Part shown: in pieces, positions 52,200-62,468 of the stretch
Position numbering within the stretch: the first letter of the stretch is position 1
Layout of the letters: every line of letters starts with the position of its first letter
Origin: Candidatus Spongiisociaceae bacterium
Lineage (GTDB): Bacteria > Actinomycetota > Acidimicrobiia > Spongiisociales > Spongiisociaceae
Assembly: GCA_965262915.1 (NCBI GenBank)
Contig: OZ253564.1
Location: forward strand, 608,001 to 672,000
Length of the DNA: 64,000 nt
Reading direction: 5' to 3'
Notes under the pieces: generated by a model
Database searches by the model: none
What the model saw: only the letters and a program-made list of their open reading frames with translations
What the model was told of the DNA's origin: nothing
Made by a program: the position numbers and the translations under genes

Positions 52200-52541
52200 C
52201 TGATTGGATGTCAGTGAGGAGTGGCGGTGGGGAGTAGGTCCCAGTTGGGTTTCCCCGCGTAGAGAAGGGCCCGAGTTCGGTAGTTCGCCAAGTGACGGAA
52301 CCCGAACGCTGTTCGTTTGATTCGAGTCGTTTGATCAGGTTGTTGAGGGCTTCGGTGCGTCCGTTCGTGACTCAGGACAGATGCCAGTTGCTGATCTGGG
52401 TGGACCACCGACCGATGGTACGACCAGGTTGGTTCACCTCGGGTGGGCAGGATTGGTCCTGGAGATCTTGAGATAGGCGGGTGGTGGATTCGACCGCGAG
52501 GGCAGCGTCGGCGATGTGGTAGAGACCTCGGACGGTTTCCT
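52200..52541 (-). mobile_element. ISL3 3' fragment
   Basis: SCPPEVNQPGRTI, RIKRTAFGFRHLANYRTRALLYAGKPNW. Confidence 0.8.
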
Positions 52542-52549
52542 GGCTCTTC

Positions 52550-54012
52550 GATGCTCCTATGGTTGTCAAGTCGGTGATGGGGCCGGTTGGTGGGTTAGGA
52601 GCCAGGTCTGGTATTGGCTGGCGAGTTGGTGGTTGTGGTCTCGGCCGCGTTCGAGTGCGGAGATGCGGCTGGGGTGGGTTCCGAGCTGTTGGGCGGCCTG
52701 GGTGAGGGTGATGTTGGCGTGTTGACGTCGGCGGCGGAGCCGGGCGCAGTTCGGGGTTGGTGGCGGGTTGGTCAGCAGTCGGTAGATCTGTGGGGCGATG
52801 TGCCGCTTGAGGCAGCGGATGATCTCTTTTCGGTTCTTTGCTTCCCCCTGGCGCCGTGCCACGTATTGGTTGGTGGCTGCGTCGGTGCGCATCCGGGTGG
52901 TAGCGCATCGGCCAGAGCGCGCTGTTGGCTTGGCGGTTACCTCCCCGGTTGAGACGATGCCGGATGGTCTGCCCGGATGATGCCTGGACGGGGCTGGCGC
53001 CACACAGCGCAGCGAAGGACCGTTCTGATTTCATCCGCCCGGGGTTGTCGCCGGCAGCGACTAGCAGGGCGGCAGCGGTGTCAGGGCCCACACCTTTGGT
53101 GGCTAACAGAGCCGGGTTAGCCTCGGCGCAGAGGCGACGGATCTCGATCTTGAGTTCTGCGATTTCTGTGTCGAGGGCTTGGTATCGGCGGGCCAGGTAG
53201 CGTAGAGCCATCTTCGCATACGCCGCAGTGGTCTGTTCGGGTCCGGGACGCCAGCGGGCACAGACCCGGACCCGAGCCTTGAGCTTGAGACCTCTGAGCT
53301 GGCGTTTTAGCGGCTCAGGTGCGGTAACGGTCACAGAATGTATCTGGTTAGCGGCCTGGGTGCGGGCCTTGGTAGCCGAGCGGCGGGCCACCACCAGCAT
53401 CCGTATGCACTCAACGGGGCCCACACCAGATTTGGGAACAGCCGTAGCTTGACCGCTGGCAGCCGCCCGAGCTGCCCCCTCGGCGTCGACACTGTCGGTC
53501 TTGCCGCCCCGCTGGCGGCGTAACTGCCGGTTCGGCCGGTTCACCTCTACCACCTCGACGCCCGCTGCGGTCAGATAACGGGCGAGGCCGGCGCCGTAGC
53601 TGCCAGTGCCCTCCACCCCCACCCGGCTAACGCGACCCTGTGACCGCAACCAGTCTTCGAGTTGCTCATAGCCGACTCGATCAGCTCCCAACGGTGCCGT
53701 TCCCAGCACTCGACCGGCGCCATCAACCACCGCCGCAACATGGGTATCACGATGGGTATCAACCCCACCGAACACAACCCGACCATCTTCTCCCATGACA
53801 CCTTCCTCCTCTGCGGGATAGAATCATTTCCGATCCCCGGACCCGGCAAGCGGTGGACAGGCCACTCACGGTGGTGGAAGATCAAAGCTCCTATAAGGTC
53901 ACATCCGCCCCGGGTCAGGGGGTTACGCCCTAGGCCGGGGACAGGCCGACAGATCGATGAAAAGGCACAAAGCCAGATTTCAGTTGGGTCAGACCCGTCC
54001 CAGCCCAGGAAC
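52550..54012 (-). mobile_element. IS110-family element, second HTH-tailed copy; transposase 52566-53796 frameshifted near 52910
   Basis: GGVDTHRDTH, GKTDSVDA, RLNRGGNRQAN, C-terminal HTH; right end TTGACAACCATAGGAGCATC. Confidence 0.92.
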
Positions 54013-54019
54013 CTTCTAA

Positions 54020-55458
54020 GTATGAGTGGATTTCAGTGGGGAGTGACGGTGGCGAGGAGGTCCCAGTTGGGTTTCCCGGCGTAGAGAAGGGCGCGGATTC
54101 GGTAGTTCGCGAAGTTGCGAAACCCGAACGCTGCTCGTTTGATCCGCTTTATGAGGTTGTTGAGGGCTTCGGTGGGTCCGTTGGTTACCTCGGGTGATGT
54201 GCCAGTTGGTGATCTGGGGGGTCCAGCGGGCGATGGTGCGACCCAACTTGTTGATCTCGGGTGGGCAGGATTCGTGTTGGAGGCCGTCTGCGAGTTGGAG
54301 GGTGTACCGGAGAGCAAGGGCGGGACTGTCGATCCCGTAGATGCCCCGTACCGTTTCCTTCGCGTGCCAGGCGGTGCGCACTTCGCCGTGGGGGTCACCG
54401 GCATCGAGGAGACCACGCAGCCGGGTTTGACCGCGGTCGCTGATCCTCTCATGCGCAGCGGTGAGGAGCCGCCGTATCCGATACAGCGGGTCATCCTTGC
54501 GGCCTCGATGCCCGAGGGTTTCGTTCTGGGTGCGGCGTCGTACCTCGTCGAGTCGCTGGTTGGCTAGGCGGATGACGTGGAACGGGTCCGCTACCTGCAG
54601 AGCGTGCGGTAACACCCTGTCATACGCCTTCCGATACGAACCGGACATGTCCAACACCGCCCAGCGGATCCCGTCGAGCCACTCGGGGGGCTGGGATCGG
54701 AACCACGAAGCTGCGCTATCAGCCGTTCTACCAGGGACTATGTCGATCAGCTGGTGGCCTCCCACGTCGACGACAGAGGTGCACCACTGCTTGGTTCGCC
54801 ACCGGCCTTTCCGCCAGAACAACGCTTCTTGTCGATGCCCACAGCTTGGACCTCGCCTATCCGATCGGTGTCGGCCCCCAGGAGTGCATCGCCCCAGCGG
54901 ACGACCTCGTTGTTCACCGTATGCCAATCACAACCCAACTCCGCGGCGACCTCGTCGACCGAACGGCCCCGCCCACCCACCTGGACGGTCACCCACCGGG
55001 CCGCTCTCGATGTCAACAACGCCCGTTGGGGACCAATCGTGGGGTCTTGTTCGATGAACGATCTGATCTCACACCCCGAGTTCGGACACGTCCACCGGCG
55101 TTTCCGCCACCGCAGCCGAACCGGACGGCCGAACGCCGGTAAATCCACCAACACCACACTCCGATAGCCCTTCGACCACACCGGGCCGCCACATGCCACA
55201 CACAACGGGCGGGGCTTGCGGGACCCGATCACCACCTCCAACGGTGCACCCTCGCCCGAGTCGTTGATCCCTACCAGATCAACGTCGCCCAGGCCTACCA
55301 ACAACTCGCACATGCGCGTAGGATCACCCCCCACCAGGGGGGCCTCCTGCCTCGGATGTCTTTTCTCAGCACCCGATTATGGAGGACCCCCCATCACTTC
55401 TGGTGGATTACCGCTCCCCCTGGCAGATCCCCTACTCCCCACTCATTTCCGAAGAGCC
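54020..55458 (-). mobile_element. ISL3-family element; transposase 54033-55334 with two frameshifts
   Basis: Close paralog of 47782-49080 spread over three ORFs. Confidence 0.92.
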
Positions 55459-55658
55459 CCTTTTCGAAGCCTATTTCAACGGGGCGTCGAAAGTTCACCC
55501 TGGTGTTGCTGGTGGTCGCCATCGCTGCAGACCTTGTGCTCGCCATACTGATAGGCCTGGATGTGGTAAAAGGTGATTGGCCCCTACCGCTGGCCTTCGC
55601 GGTCATCCCCGTCATCGGGATCGCCTACCTAGCAGCGCCAGGCGCCAAAACCACCTGA
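55459..55658 (+). pseudogene. 3' half of the interrupted small membrane-protein gene
   Basis: FSKPISTGRRKFTLVLLVVAIAADLVLAIL...VKGDWPLPLAFAVIPVIGIAY. Confidence 0.78.
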
Positions 55659-56153
55659 GAAGCGCTCAGCCGCCAACACTTCAAAGGATTGGGGGTTGAT
55701 AGGGGCCCGTCTAGCCGAAGCCATGCCAAACCCTCCCAAGAGCGCCTCGCAGCGGAAGGGTCGTCCGTTGCCACCGGCGACGCACAGCCAGGTAACCGGC
55801 TGTGGCAGTAGCAGTTGACTGGTGGAGTCCCACGGCTAGTACCACTCTCCGGCGGGACAGCATCCGAAATCAGCCTCCGAGAGGGCCGCCAACTCGGCGC
55901 CGAAACGGAGCATTATCCCGAGTTAAGGCCCGGTTAATGTTGGAGGTCGGAATGACCGAGCGGCGCCTCGAGGAACTCGCAGCGGTCCGCCGACGCCCTG
56001 AAGGCAGCCCGTCGGCGACGGTATGAGGCCCTCTCCGCCGCTGTCGCTGCCGACCATCCCCAGCCTGCCGTCGCAGCTGCGGCCGGTATGCCACCGCCGC
56101 AGGCCATACCATCGAGGTCGGCGACCTCTGGCGGCCCGCTCTCGGATACCGTC

Positions 56154-58643
56154 CTATGACGAGCTCTGGTCTTGCTGGTGGCGCCGGTGCGTGTCCTCGA
56201 TGGCGACGTCAAGATCGTTCCACATGCGCTCCACCATCGAGCGCATCCGCATGTTCTGGTAGGCGCCCCAGACCGTCATGGCGGGCGGCACGACCAGGAT
56301 GGAGACGATCAGCGCGTAGATGATCGTGATCGCCGCCGTGATGCCGAACTGCTCGAATGACTGCAGCGGTGACAGCGTCAGCACCGCGAACCCGAGCGCT
56401 GTCGTCAGCGCTGAGCCGAGCAGAGCCGAGCCGGTGGTGGCGAGCGTCCGGATCGCCGCCGTCTCCGGGTTGCGCTGCCTGGCGAAGTGTTCCCGGTAGC
56501 GATGGATTATGTGGATCGTGTAGTCCACGCCGATACCGATCGACAGCGCCGTGGTGATCGAGGTGATGATCGTGTAGGGAATGCCCAGCAGCGTCATCGT
56601 GCCCAGCACCCAGACGAGGACGAGCACTATCGGTCCCACCGCGATGAACCCCAGCACGGGCTGGCGCAGCGTTATCCAAAAGAAGATCGTGAGGATGCCG
56701 AGGGCTGCCGCGATCGTGGCGAGGATCGCCTCTGTCTGTCGATCCCGTATCTCGTCGGAGGCCGTGAGCGTGATGATGTCCTGCGAGGTCATCGCGATGG
56801 CGTCGTCGTCGCCGAACCAGAGCCCGTCAATGTCCTCTACCATCCGCTCGGTTCGCTCACGATCGCCCGAGAGGGCCCGGAACTGGAGCAGCGTGGTGTC
56901 GATGCCGTCCCGGTCCTGGACCAGAACCCGGGCCACGGCTTCGGGATCGGTGGCGGCGAGCGCGTCAAGGAACTTCTGAATCAGCGCAGGATCGAGATGC
57001 AGTCCCGTTGTCGCCTCCTCGAACAGCCGATCGAGTTCGGGGTCGTACCTGTCACCCGGCTTGCCGTCGTCTGTGGTCCAGTCGAGCACGAGCAGAGAGA
57101 GCGAAGCCTCCATCGCGCCATCCGCGGCCCGTGGCCGGGTTAGGTCGTCCTCAAACGCCTCCGTAATGTCGAACAGGTTCTGGAGGGTGCGTGTCTCTGT
57201 CACCTCTGCCTTGACCAGGACGCTGACAACTTCCGTTGAGCCTCCGACCGCCGCATCGAGCGAATTCAGATCCTTGAGCAAGTTCCCGTCCCTGGGCAGG
57301 ACGTCGCGGATAGTGAATTCGGTGGTGATCCGCGAGGCCGCGAACCCGAACCCGACCGTCACCGCAACCACCACAAAGAGGTAGGGCGCCGGCCTCCGCG
57401 TGACGGATGTCCCCAGCCTTTCCGCTAGCCGGTGGATGCCCGGGATCGCATTCGCGATCGGACGAGGAGGAGGAAGCGGTCCGCGGGCCTCTCGACGCCC
57501 GTCGATGATTGTTCGCACGGCTGGGACCAGCGTCAGCATCACGATCAGGCTCAACCCGACGCCAAGCCCCGCCACCACGCCGAAGTCCCCGATCGCCGAG
57601 ATCGGCGAGAGCAGGCTCGCCAGGAAACTTACGATCGTGGTGGCAGCGGCCAGCGCCAGCGGGATGATGACGTTCCGCAGCCCCGCCACCACCGCGACCG
57701 CCACCGGCTCGCCGGCTATCCGCTGCTCCCGGTAGTGCGACACCGCCTGGATCGAATAGTCCACCGCGAGGCCTATCAGGATGAGCGGCACCGTTGACGT
57801 GAGCGCGTTCGGTGGGCCGATCAGACCCAAGGCGCCCGGACCGAGCCAGCTCTCCGCCCCGACGGTCCAGATCAGCGCGAGTACGAGCCCCGTCAGCGTG
57901 AGCAGCAGGTCCGAGAGCGTGCGCATGAACAGCAGCGTCAGCAACGCGATCACCAGCAGCGCCAGCCCCATCAGCGGCAGCACCCCGGGGCCCGTGGCCT
58001 CCTGATACTCCTCTTCAATAACCGCGAGCGACACGCTACGCACGCTCAGCGGGCCCTCGTCCGCCTCCGCCAAGTCGTTGATCGCCAGCTGCGCGTCGTT
58101 AACGGCCTCGTCGCCGGTGTCGCGCAGCCGGATGGTGGCGACCGTGATCGTCGTGCCATCCGTGTCCGTTCCGGTCATCATGTCGAGCACCGTTCGCGCC
58201 GGCTGCAGCTCCGGGGTGGCCCGGACATGGTCAAGCACCGCATCGATCTGCTCCTGCGCGACCGAGTCGAAGTCGGTCACCTGAAGCAGGGGTTTCATCA
58301 GCAACGTAGGGGCGGCGACTGCGTCGACGGGCGGCAGGAGCTCCCCTACACCCGGGGTGCTAACGATGCGGCCGAGCAAGCCGTCCATCTGGGCTAGTCC
58401 ATCGGGCGTGAGCACTTCCCCACGGAAGACGAGCGTTACCACGACGACATCGGAGTGCCCGAAGAGGGTCTCGATCTCCTCCAACGCCTTCGCGACGGCG
58501 CTATCCCGGGGAAGGAACGCCTCGTTCTCCGCCACCGGCGCCCGCTGCGTAACCCCAGCAGCCAACATCAGTGTCACGATCGCGACAGCGACAAGCGTGA
58601 CCCACGGGCGCACCGTCACCAGCCAACTCAACCGGTCAAGCAC
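56154..58643 (-). CDS. MMPL/RND-family transporter
   Basis: Two repeats with GLAVDYSI and GIGVDYTIH, TTIVSF / LTTALGF, ~12 TM; 829 aa. Confidence 0.93.
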   Translation of the reverse strand: MLDRLSWLVTVRPWVTLVAVAIVTLMLAAGVTQRAPVAENEAFLPRDSAVAKALEEIETLFGHSDVVVVTLVFRGEVLTPDGLAQMDGLLGRIVSTPGVGELLPPVDAVAAPTLLMKPLLQVTDFDSVAQEQIDAVLDHVRATPELQPARTVLDMMTGTDTDGTTITVATIRLRDTGDEAVNDAQLAINDLAEADEGPLSVRSVSLAVIEEEYQEATGPGVLPLMGLALLVIALLTLLFMRTLSDLLLTLTGLVLALIWTVGAESWLGPGALGLIGPPNALTSTVPLILIGLAVDYSIQAVSHYREQRIAGEPVAVAVVAGLRNVIIPLALAAATTIVSFLASLLSPISAIGDFGVVAGLGVGLSLIVMLTLVPAVRTIIDGRREARGPLPPPRPIANAIPGIHRLAERLGTSVTRRPAPYLFVVVAVTVGFGFAASRITTEFTIRDVLPRDGNLLKDLNSLDAAVGGSTEVVSVLVKAEVTETRTLQNLFDITEAFEDDLTRPRAADGAMEASLSLLVLDWTTDDGKPGDRYDPELDRLFEEATTGLHLDPALIQKFLDALAATDPEAVARVLVQDRDGIDTTLLQFRALSGDRERTERMVEDIDGLWFGDDDAIAMTSQDIITLTASDEIRDRQTEAILATIAAALGILTIFFWITLRQPVLGFIAVGPIVLVLVWVLGTMTLLGIPYTIITSITTALSIGIGVDYTIHIIHRYREHFARQRNPETAAIRTLATTGSALLGSALTTALGFAVLTLSPLQSFEQFGITAAITIIYALIVSILVVPPAMTVWGAYQNMRMRSMVERMWNDLDVAIEDTHRRHQQDQSSS

Positions 58644-58809
58644 CCTACTTATGGCACACCACCCTCACTACGCCCACGGGGGGCGGCAGGCGATACCGGA
58701 CAGAGACCGGCCATGGCTGCTCCCCACCCTCGGTTCCCCCTCGCTTCACGGCCCGACGCAGTCACAAGCTCTGGTACGCCCCCCACACGACCATCGCCAC
58801 GGCACTACG

Positions 58810-59045
58810 AGCACGGCTGCGATCAGCGCGTACACGATCGTGATCGCTGTCACCAGGCCGAACTGCTGGAACGGCATCAATGGGCCTGGAAACGTTCAAC
58901 AGGTCGGTGGCCTGGGCCACGTCCACCAGCGGCAGGTCCTAGCGGCGTCGCCCGGCCGCCACCCAGGACCGCACCTCGCTGATCGGCGAACTGACCGTGG
59001 CCAGGACCCGCTGGTTGAACCTCGGAGACACCCCGCCCATCCGTG
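58810..59045 (-). pseudogene. Truncated excisionase-like HTH gene copy fused to a remnant of an MMPL 3' end
   Basis: 58883-58963 matches 63917-63996; 58821-58870 resembles 56308-56355. Confidence 0.55.
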
Positions 59046-59456
59046 AACCCCCGTCCATTGTGAGATCCTCCTGTTGAGATCCCCCACCGGCAGGAACTAT
59101 ATAGGCAACTCGACGGGCTGCTGCCCGGCTCCGGCCTTCACAGGGCGTCGAGGTCTGGGTTCCGGCGGCCTTCGGGATGACAAACCGGTCCGGTCCCCGG
59201 GTCCTGGTGTGGTTACCTGACAGCATCAGAATTCGCCTGCAGCCGCGACGGCGGCGTTTGGCTGGTGAACGCGGACGGTACCGATCAACTACAACTCAGC
59301 CGGTTCCATGATCTCAGTGTCCTCCGGGTTCCCCTGCTGTCCGACCTGGGTGTGCCAACGGAGATCGCTGCGCGTCACGGGAACGGCGAGATCTGCAAAC
59401 AGCGGTCCAGATCCTCCCAGAACTGCTCTACGTTTCTACATTGTTGCCTAGATACT

Positions 59457-59510
59457 CAATTGAAACTATAGTTTTAACTATACCCTATGACTAAAGTCAA
59501 GTTTCAGTTG
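59457..59510. promoter_or_regulatory. AT-rich inverted-repeat operator/promoter upstream of abiEi
   Basis: CAATTGAAACT ... AGTTTCAGTTG, internal palindrome AAACTATAGTTT. Confidence 0.6.
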
Positions 59511-59517
59511 AGGACAA

Positions 59518-60111
59518 GTGCCTACCGACCGCCAAGACCTCCATAGAGCGCTATTCCAGCTTGCCGTAACGCAGGCGGGCTACTTCACCGCTGCACAGGC
59601 GCGAGAGATCGGCTATTCCTACCAAGCGCAGCACTACCACACCCAGCGGGGTAACTGGGTGCGAGTCGATCGTGGCCTCTATCGGCTCTTCGTGTGGCCG
59701 GTAGGCGTGCATGACGACCTGGTTCGCTGGACGCTGTGGGCTGGGGAGGAAGCGGTCGTTTCCCACGAGACCGCACTGAACGTTCACGAGATCGGCGAGT
59801 TCAACCCGGCTCGGGTCCACCTGACTGCACCGAGGGGCTTCTCCAAGCGCGCGGTTGGTGTGGTGATCCATACGGCCGCGCTGGATCGAGTGGACATCGA
59901 GGAACGAGAAGGGTTTCGAGTGACGAAGCCGCTCCGGACACTGATCGACGTCGCTGCTGTCGGCGTCGACGGCGACCAGCTTGACCGTGCGATCGAGGAG
60001 GCTCGGGATCTCGGCGTGCTCACGTCCCGTCAGCTCCGCGAACGAGCCGAGGCCGTGGACGTCAAAGCCGCGCTGCGCATCGAGCAGTCTCTCGGGAGGC
60101 TCGGTCTCTGA
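59518..60111 (+). CDS. abiEi: Type IV TA antitoxin, AbiEi family
   Basis: AVTQAGYFTAAQA, WVRVDRGLYRL, VVSHETAL, VTKPLRTLID. Confidence 0.9.
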   Translation: MPTDRQDLHRALFQLAVTQAGYFTAAQAREIGYSYQAQHYHTQRGNWVRVDRGLYRLFVWPVGVHDDLVRWTLWAGEEAVVSHETALNVHEIGEFNPARVHLTAPRGFSKRAVGVVIHTAALDRVDIEEREGFRVTKPLRTLIDVAAVGVDGDQLDRAIEEARDLGVLTSRQLRERAEAVDVKAALRIEQSLGRLGL

Positions 60112-60971
60112 TGCGCTACCGAAGCCCGGCAGCACTGCGCATGGCGCTCGGACAGCTCCTCCGTAACAAGTCCCAGGAGTCCGGCATCAGCGTTGAGCGG
60201 CTTCGCCGACGGGTGATGTATGAGCGAATCGTTGTCCGCCTGGACTTGGCCGAGCCGGATACGTGGGTAGTGAAAGGGGGCCTTGCCCTCGACGTTCGGC
60301 TGGGTGGTCGGGCACGAGCATCTATGGACCTCGATCTTGGCCTCCGAGAAGACGCCATAGAAGGTGACCGCCTCCGGGGCCGGCTCATCGAAGCACTAGA
60401 GACCGACCCGGACGACGATTGGTTCACCTTCGCCGTCGGGCCCACCCAACGACTCCAACCCGACCAGGCAAGGCGGGCGACATGGAGGTACAGCGTCCAG
60501 TCCACTCTGGGAGGCAGACAGTTCGACACCCTCAAGCTAGACGTTGCGCCAAGAGTCGAGGAACTGAAGCCGACAGAACGGGTGCCCTTGCGCAACGCGC
60601 TTGCCTTCGCCGGAGTCCGGTCTCGGACAGTGGAGTTGATCGATGTCAACCGGCACGCGGCAGAGAAGCTCCATGCCATGACCCGTACCTACGGCAACCG
60701 ACCGAGCACTCGGGTACGAGATCTCGTCGACCTCGTTCTGCTTCTCGAGAACGACTACCTGGACGACGATGGTTGTCGTGCAGCGATCCAGACCACTTTC
60801 GAACAACTCGGCACCCACGAGCTTCCAAGCGAGTTGAGTGGTCCGCCGTCTGCATGGACAGACACCTACGTGTCGCTCGTCGCCGACCTTGATATCGAGG
60901 CCGACTCGCTACCCGACGCCTTCAACCTCATCCGGTCCTGGTGGACCCGGCTCGACCTAGGGGGGAACTGA
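60111..60971 (+). CDS. abiEii: Type IV TA toxin, AbiEii nucleotidyltransferase
   Basis: WVVKGGLAL, RASMDLDL, AEKLHA, TRVRDLVD. Confidence 0.92.
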   Translation: MRYRSPAALRMALGQLLRNKSQESGISVERLRRRVMYERIVVRLDLAEPDTWVVKGGLALDVRLGGRARASMDLDLGLREDAIEGDRLRGRLIEALETDPDDDWFTFAVGPTQRLQPDQARRATWRYSVQSTLGGRQFDTLKLDVAPRVEELKPTERVPLRNALAFAGVRSRTVELIDVNRHAAEKLHAMTRTYGNRPSTRVRDLVDLVLLLENDYLDDDGCRAAIQTTFEQLGTHELPSELSGPPSAWTDTYVSLVADLDIEADSLPDAFNLIRSWWTRLDLGGN

Positions 60972-60972
60972 C

Positions 60973-62466
60973 ATGGCCGACAAGAAGGCGGCCGCCAAGA
61001 TCAGACCTCATGCGAAGCTCTCAACTGTCGTCAAGGCCGCCCGCGATGCCATGCGCAAGGACGCCGGCCTGAGCGGCGATCTCGATCGGATTCCGCAACT
61101 TGCGTGGCTGCTGTTCCTCAAGGCCTTCGATGTCCTGGAGCAGAACCGCGAGATCAGCGACGCTGAGTTCCGACCAGCCATCGATGCGCCGTATCGCTGG
61201 CGTGATTGGGCTGCTGACCCGAACGGCCGGACCGGAAACTCGCTTATCTCCTTCATAGAGACAGAGTTCACCGATGATCGGCGGGAACGCCGGCCGGGGC
61301 TACTGCCGTACCTCCGGGATCTCGCCGGGACAGGAAGCCACGATCCCCGCGCTGTCCTGAGCGCGGTCTTCAAGGAGACCAACAACCGAATGTTCTCGGG
61401 CTATCTGCTTCGCGTCGTCGTCAACAACCTCAACGAGATCGACTTTGCGTCGTCCGGCGACATCTACACGATGGCTCATCTCTATGAATCGATGCTGCGA
61501 GACATGCGCGATGCCGCTGGTGGCGCAGGCGACTTCTACACGCCCCGGCCGGTCATTCGCTTCATGGTGCAGCAGATCGCTCCCCAACTCGGTGAGGTGA
61601 TCCTCGATCCAGCTTGCGGTACCGGAGGCTTTCTGATCGAAGCCCTGGAAAACCTCCGCCCCAGCGTCGAAACGACAGAGGAGCTCCGAAGACTCCACGA
61701 GAACCTACGAGGCGTTGAGAAGAATTCACTCCCGTACCTCCTCGGGATGATGAACATGCTCCTCCGCGGGGTAGGTCAGCCGAATCTGATCCGAGGCGAC
61801 GCGTTGGCCAAGCCGATCACAGAGATCAGCCACGCTGATCAAGTTGACGTCGTCATCACCAATCCCCCGTTCGGTGGTATAGAGGAGAAGACCATCCAGA
61901 ACAACTTCCCGGCCGACAGGCAGACGGCGAGGACAGAGTGGCTTTTCATCCAGCTCGTGGTTCGACAACTGAAGGATCGTGGCCGGTGCGCGATTGTGGT
62001 GCCGGATAGGGTGCTCTTCGGAGATGGCGTCGGTGCCCGCATCAAGGAGCACCTCTTGACAGAGTGCGATCTGCACACCGTTGTCAGGTTGCCCGATGGC
62101 GTACTCGAGCCCTACACGGCTATCCCGTCCAACCTGCTGTTCTTCGAGAAGACCGGGCGAACGAAGGATGTCTGGTTCTACGAGATTCCCCCACCCCAGG
62201 GACGAAAGAAGTACTCGAAGACCAAACCGATGAGGTTCGAGGAGTTCGACAGATGCTGTGCTTGGTGGAATAGCAGGGTCGAGGATGAGCTCGCGTGGCG
62301 AGTACCGATCGAGTCGATCGAATCGACGAACTTCAATCTGGATGTCAGGAACCCGAACCAGCCGCATGATCTCGCTCATCGTCCGCCGGCGGAACTGCTC
62401 GGAGAGCTCATAGAAGTAGAGTCAGAAATCCTTCTGCTCCTGAAGGATCTCGAACAGGGGATCTAG
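60973..62466 (+). CDS. hsdM: Type I R-M N6-adenine methyltransferase subunit
   Basis: GDFYTPRP, LDPACGTGGFL (motif I), TNPPFGG (motif IV). Confidence 0.95.
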   Translation: MADKKAAAKIRPHAKLSTVVKAARDAMRKDAGLSGDLDRIPQLAWLLFLKAFDVLEQNREISDAEFRPAIDAPYRWRDWAADPNGRTGNSLISFIETEFTDDRRERRPGLLPYLRDLAGTGSHDPRAVLSAVFKETNNRMFSGYLLRVVVNNLNEIDFASSGDIYTMAHLYESMLRDMRDAAGGAGDFYTPRPVIRFMVQQIAPQLGEVILDPACGTGGFLIEALENLRPSVETTEELRRLHENLRGVEKNSLPYLLGMMNMLLRGVGQPNLIRGDALAKPITEISHADQVDVVITNPPFGGIEEKTIQNNFPADRQTARTEWLFIQLVVRQLKDRGRCAIVVPDRVLFGDGVGARIKEHLLTECDLHTVVRLPDGVLEPYTAIPSNLLFFEKTGRTKDVWFYEIPPPQGRKKYSKTKPMRFEEFDRCCAWWNSRVEDELAWRVPIESIESTNFNLDVRNPNQPHDLAHRPPAELLGELIEVESEILLLLKDLEQGI

Positions 62467-62468
62467 GC

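Larger units (their letters stand above)
49875..55458. mobile_element. ISL3-bounded composite transposon (5.6 kb) with 8-bp target duplication CCTTTTCG
   Basis: Inverted ISL3 left ends GGCTCTTCGGAAATG / CATTTCCGAAGAGCC; CCTTTTCG at 49867-49874 and 55459-55466. Confidence 0.88.

Noticed and set aside
55802-56150. Small TA-like ORFs downstream of the MMPL gene
   Set aside because: Short ORFs without convincing motifs or a partner gene.
58939-58941. In-frame TAG as recoded pyrrolysine
   Set aside because: The other copy has CAG and this copy is truncated; it is an ordinary nonsense mutation.
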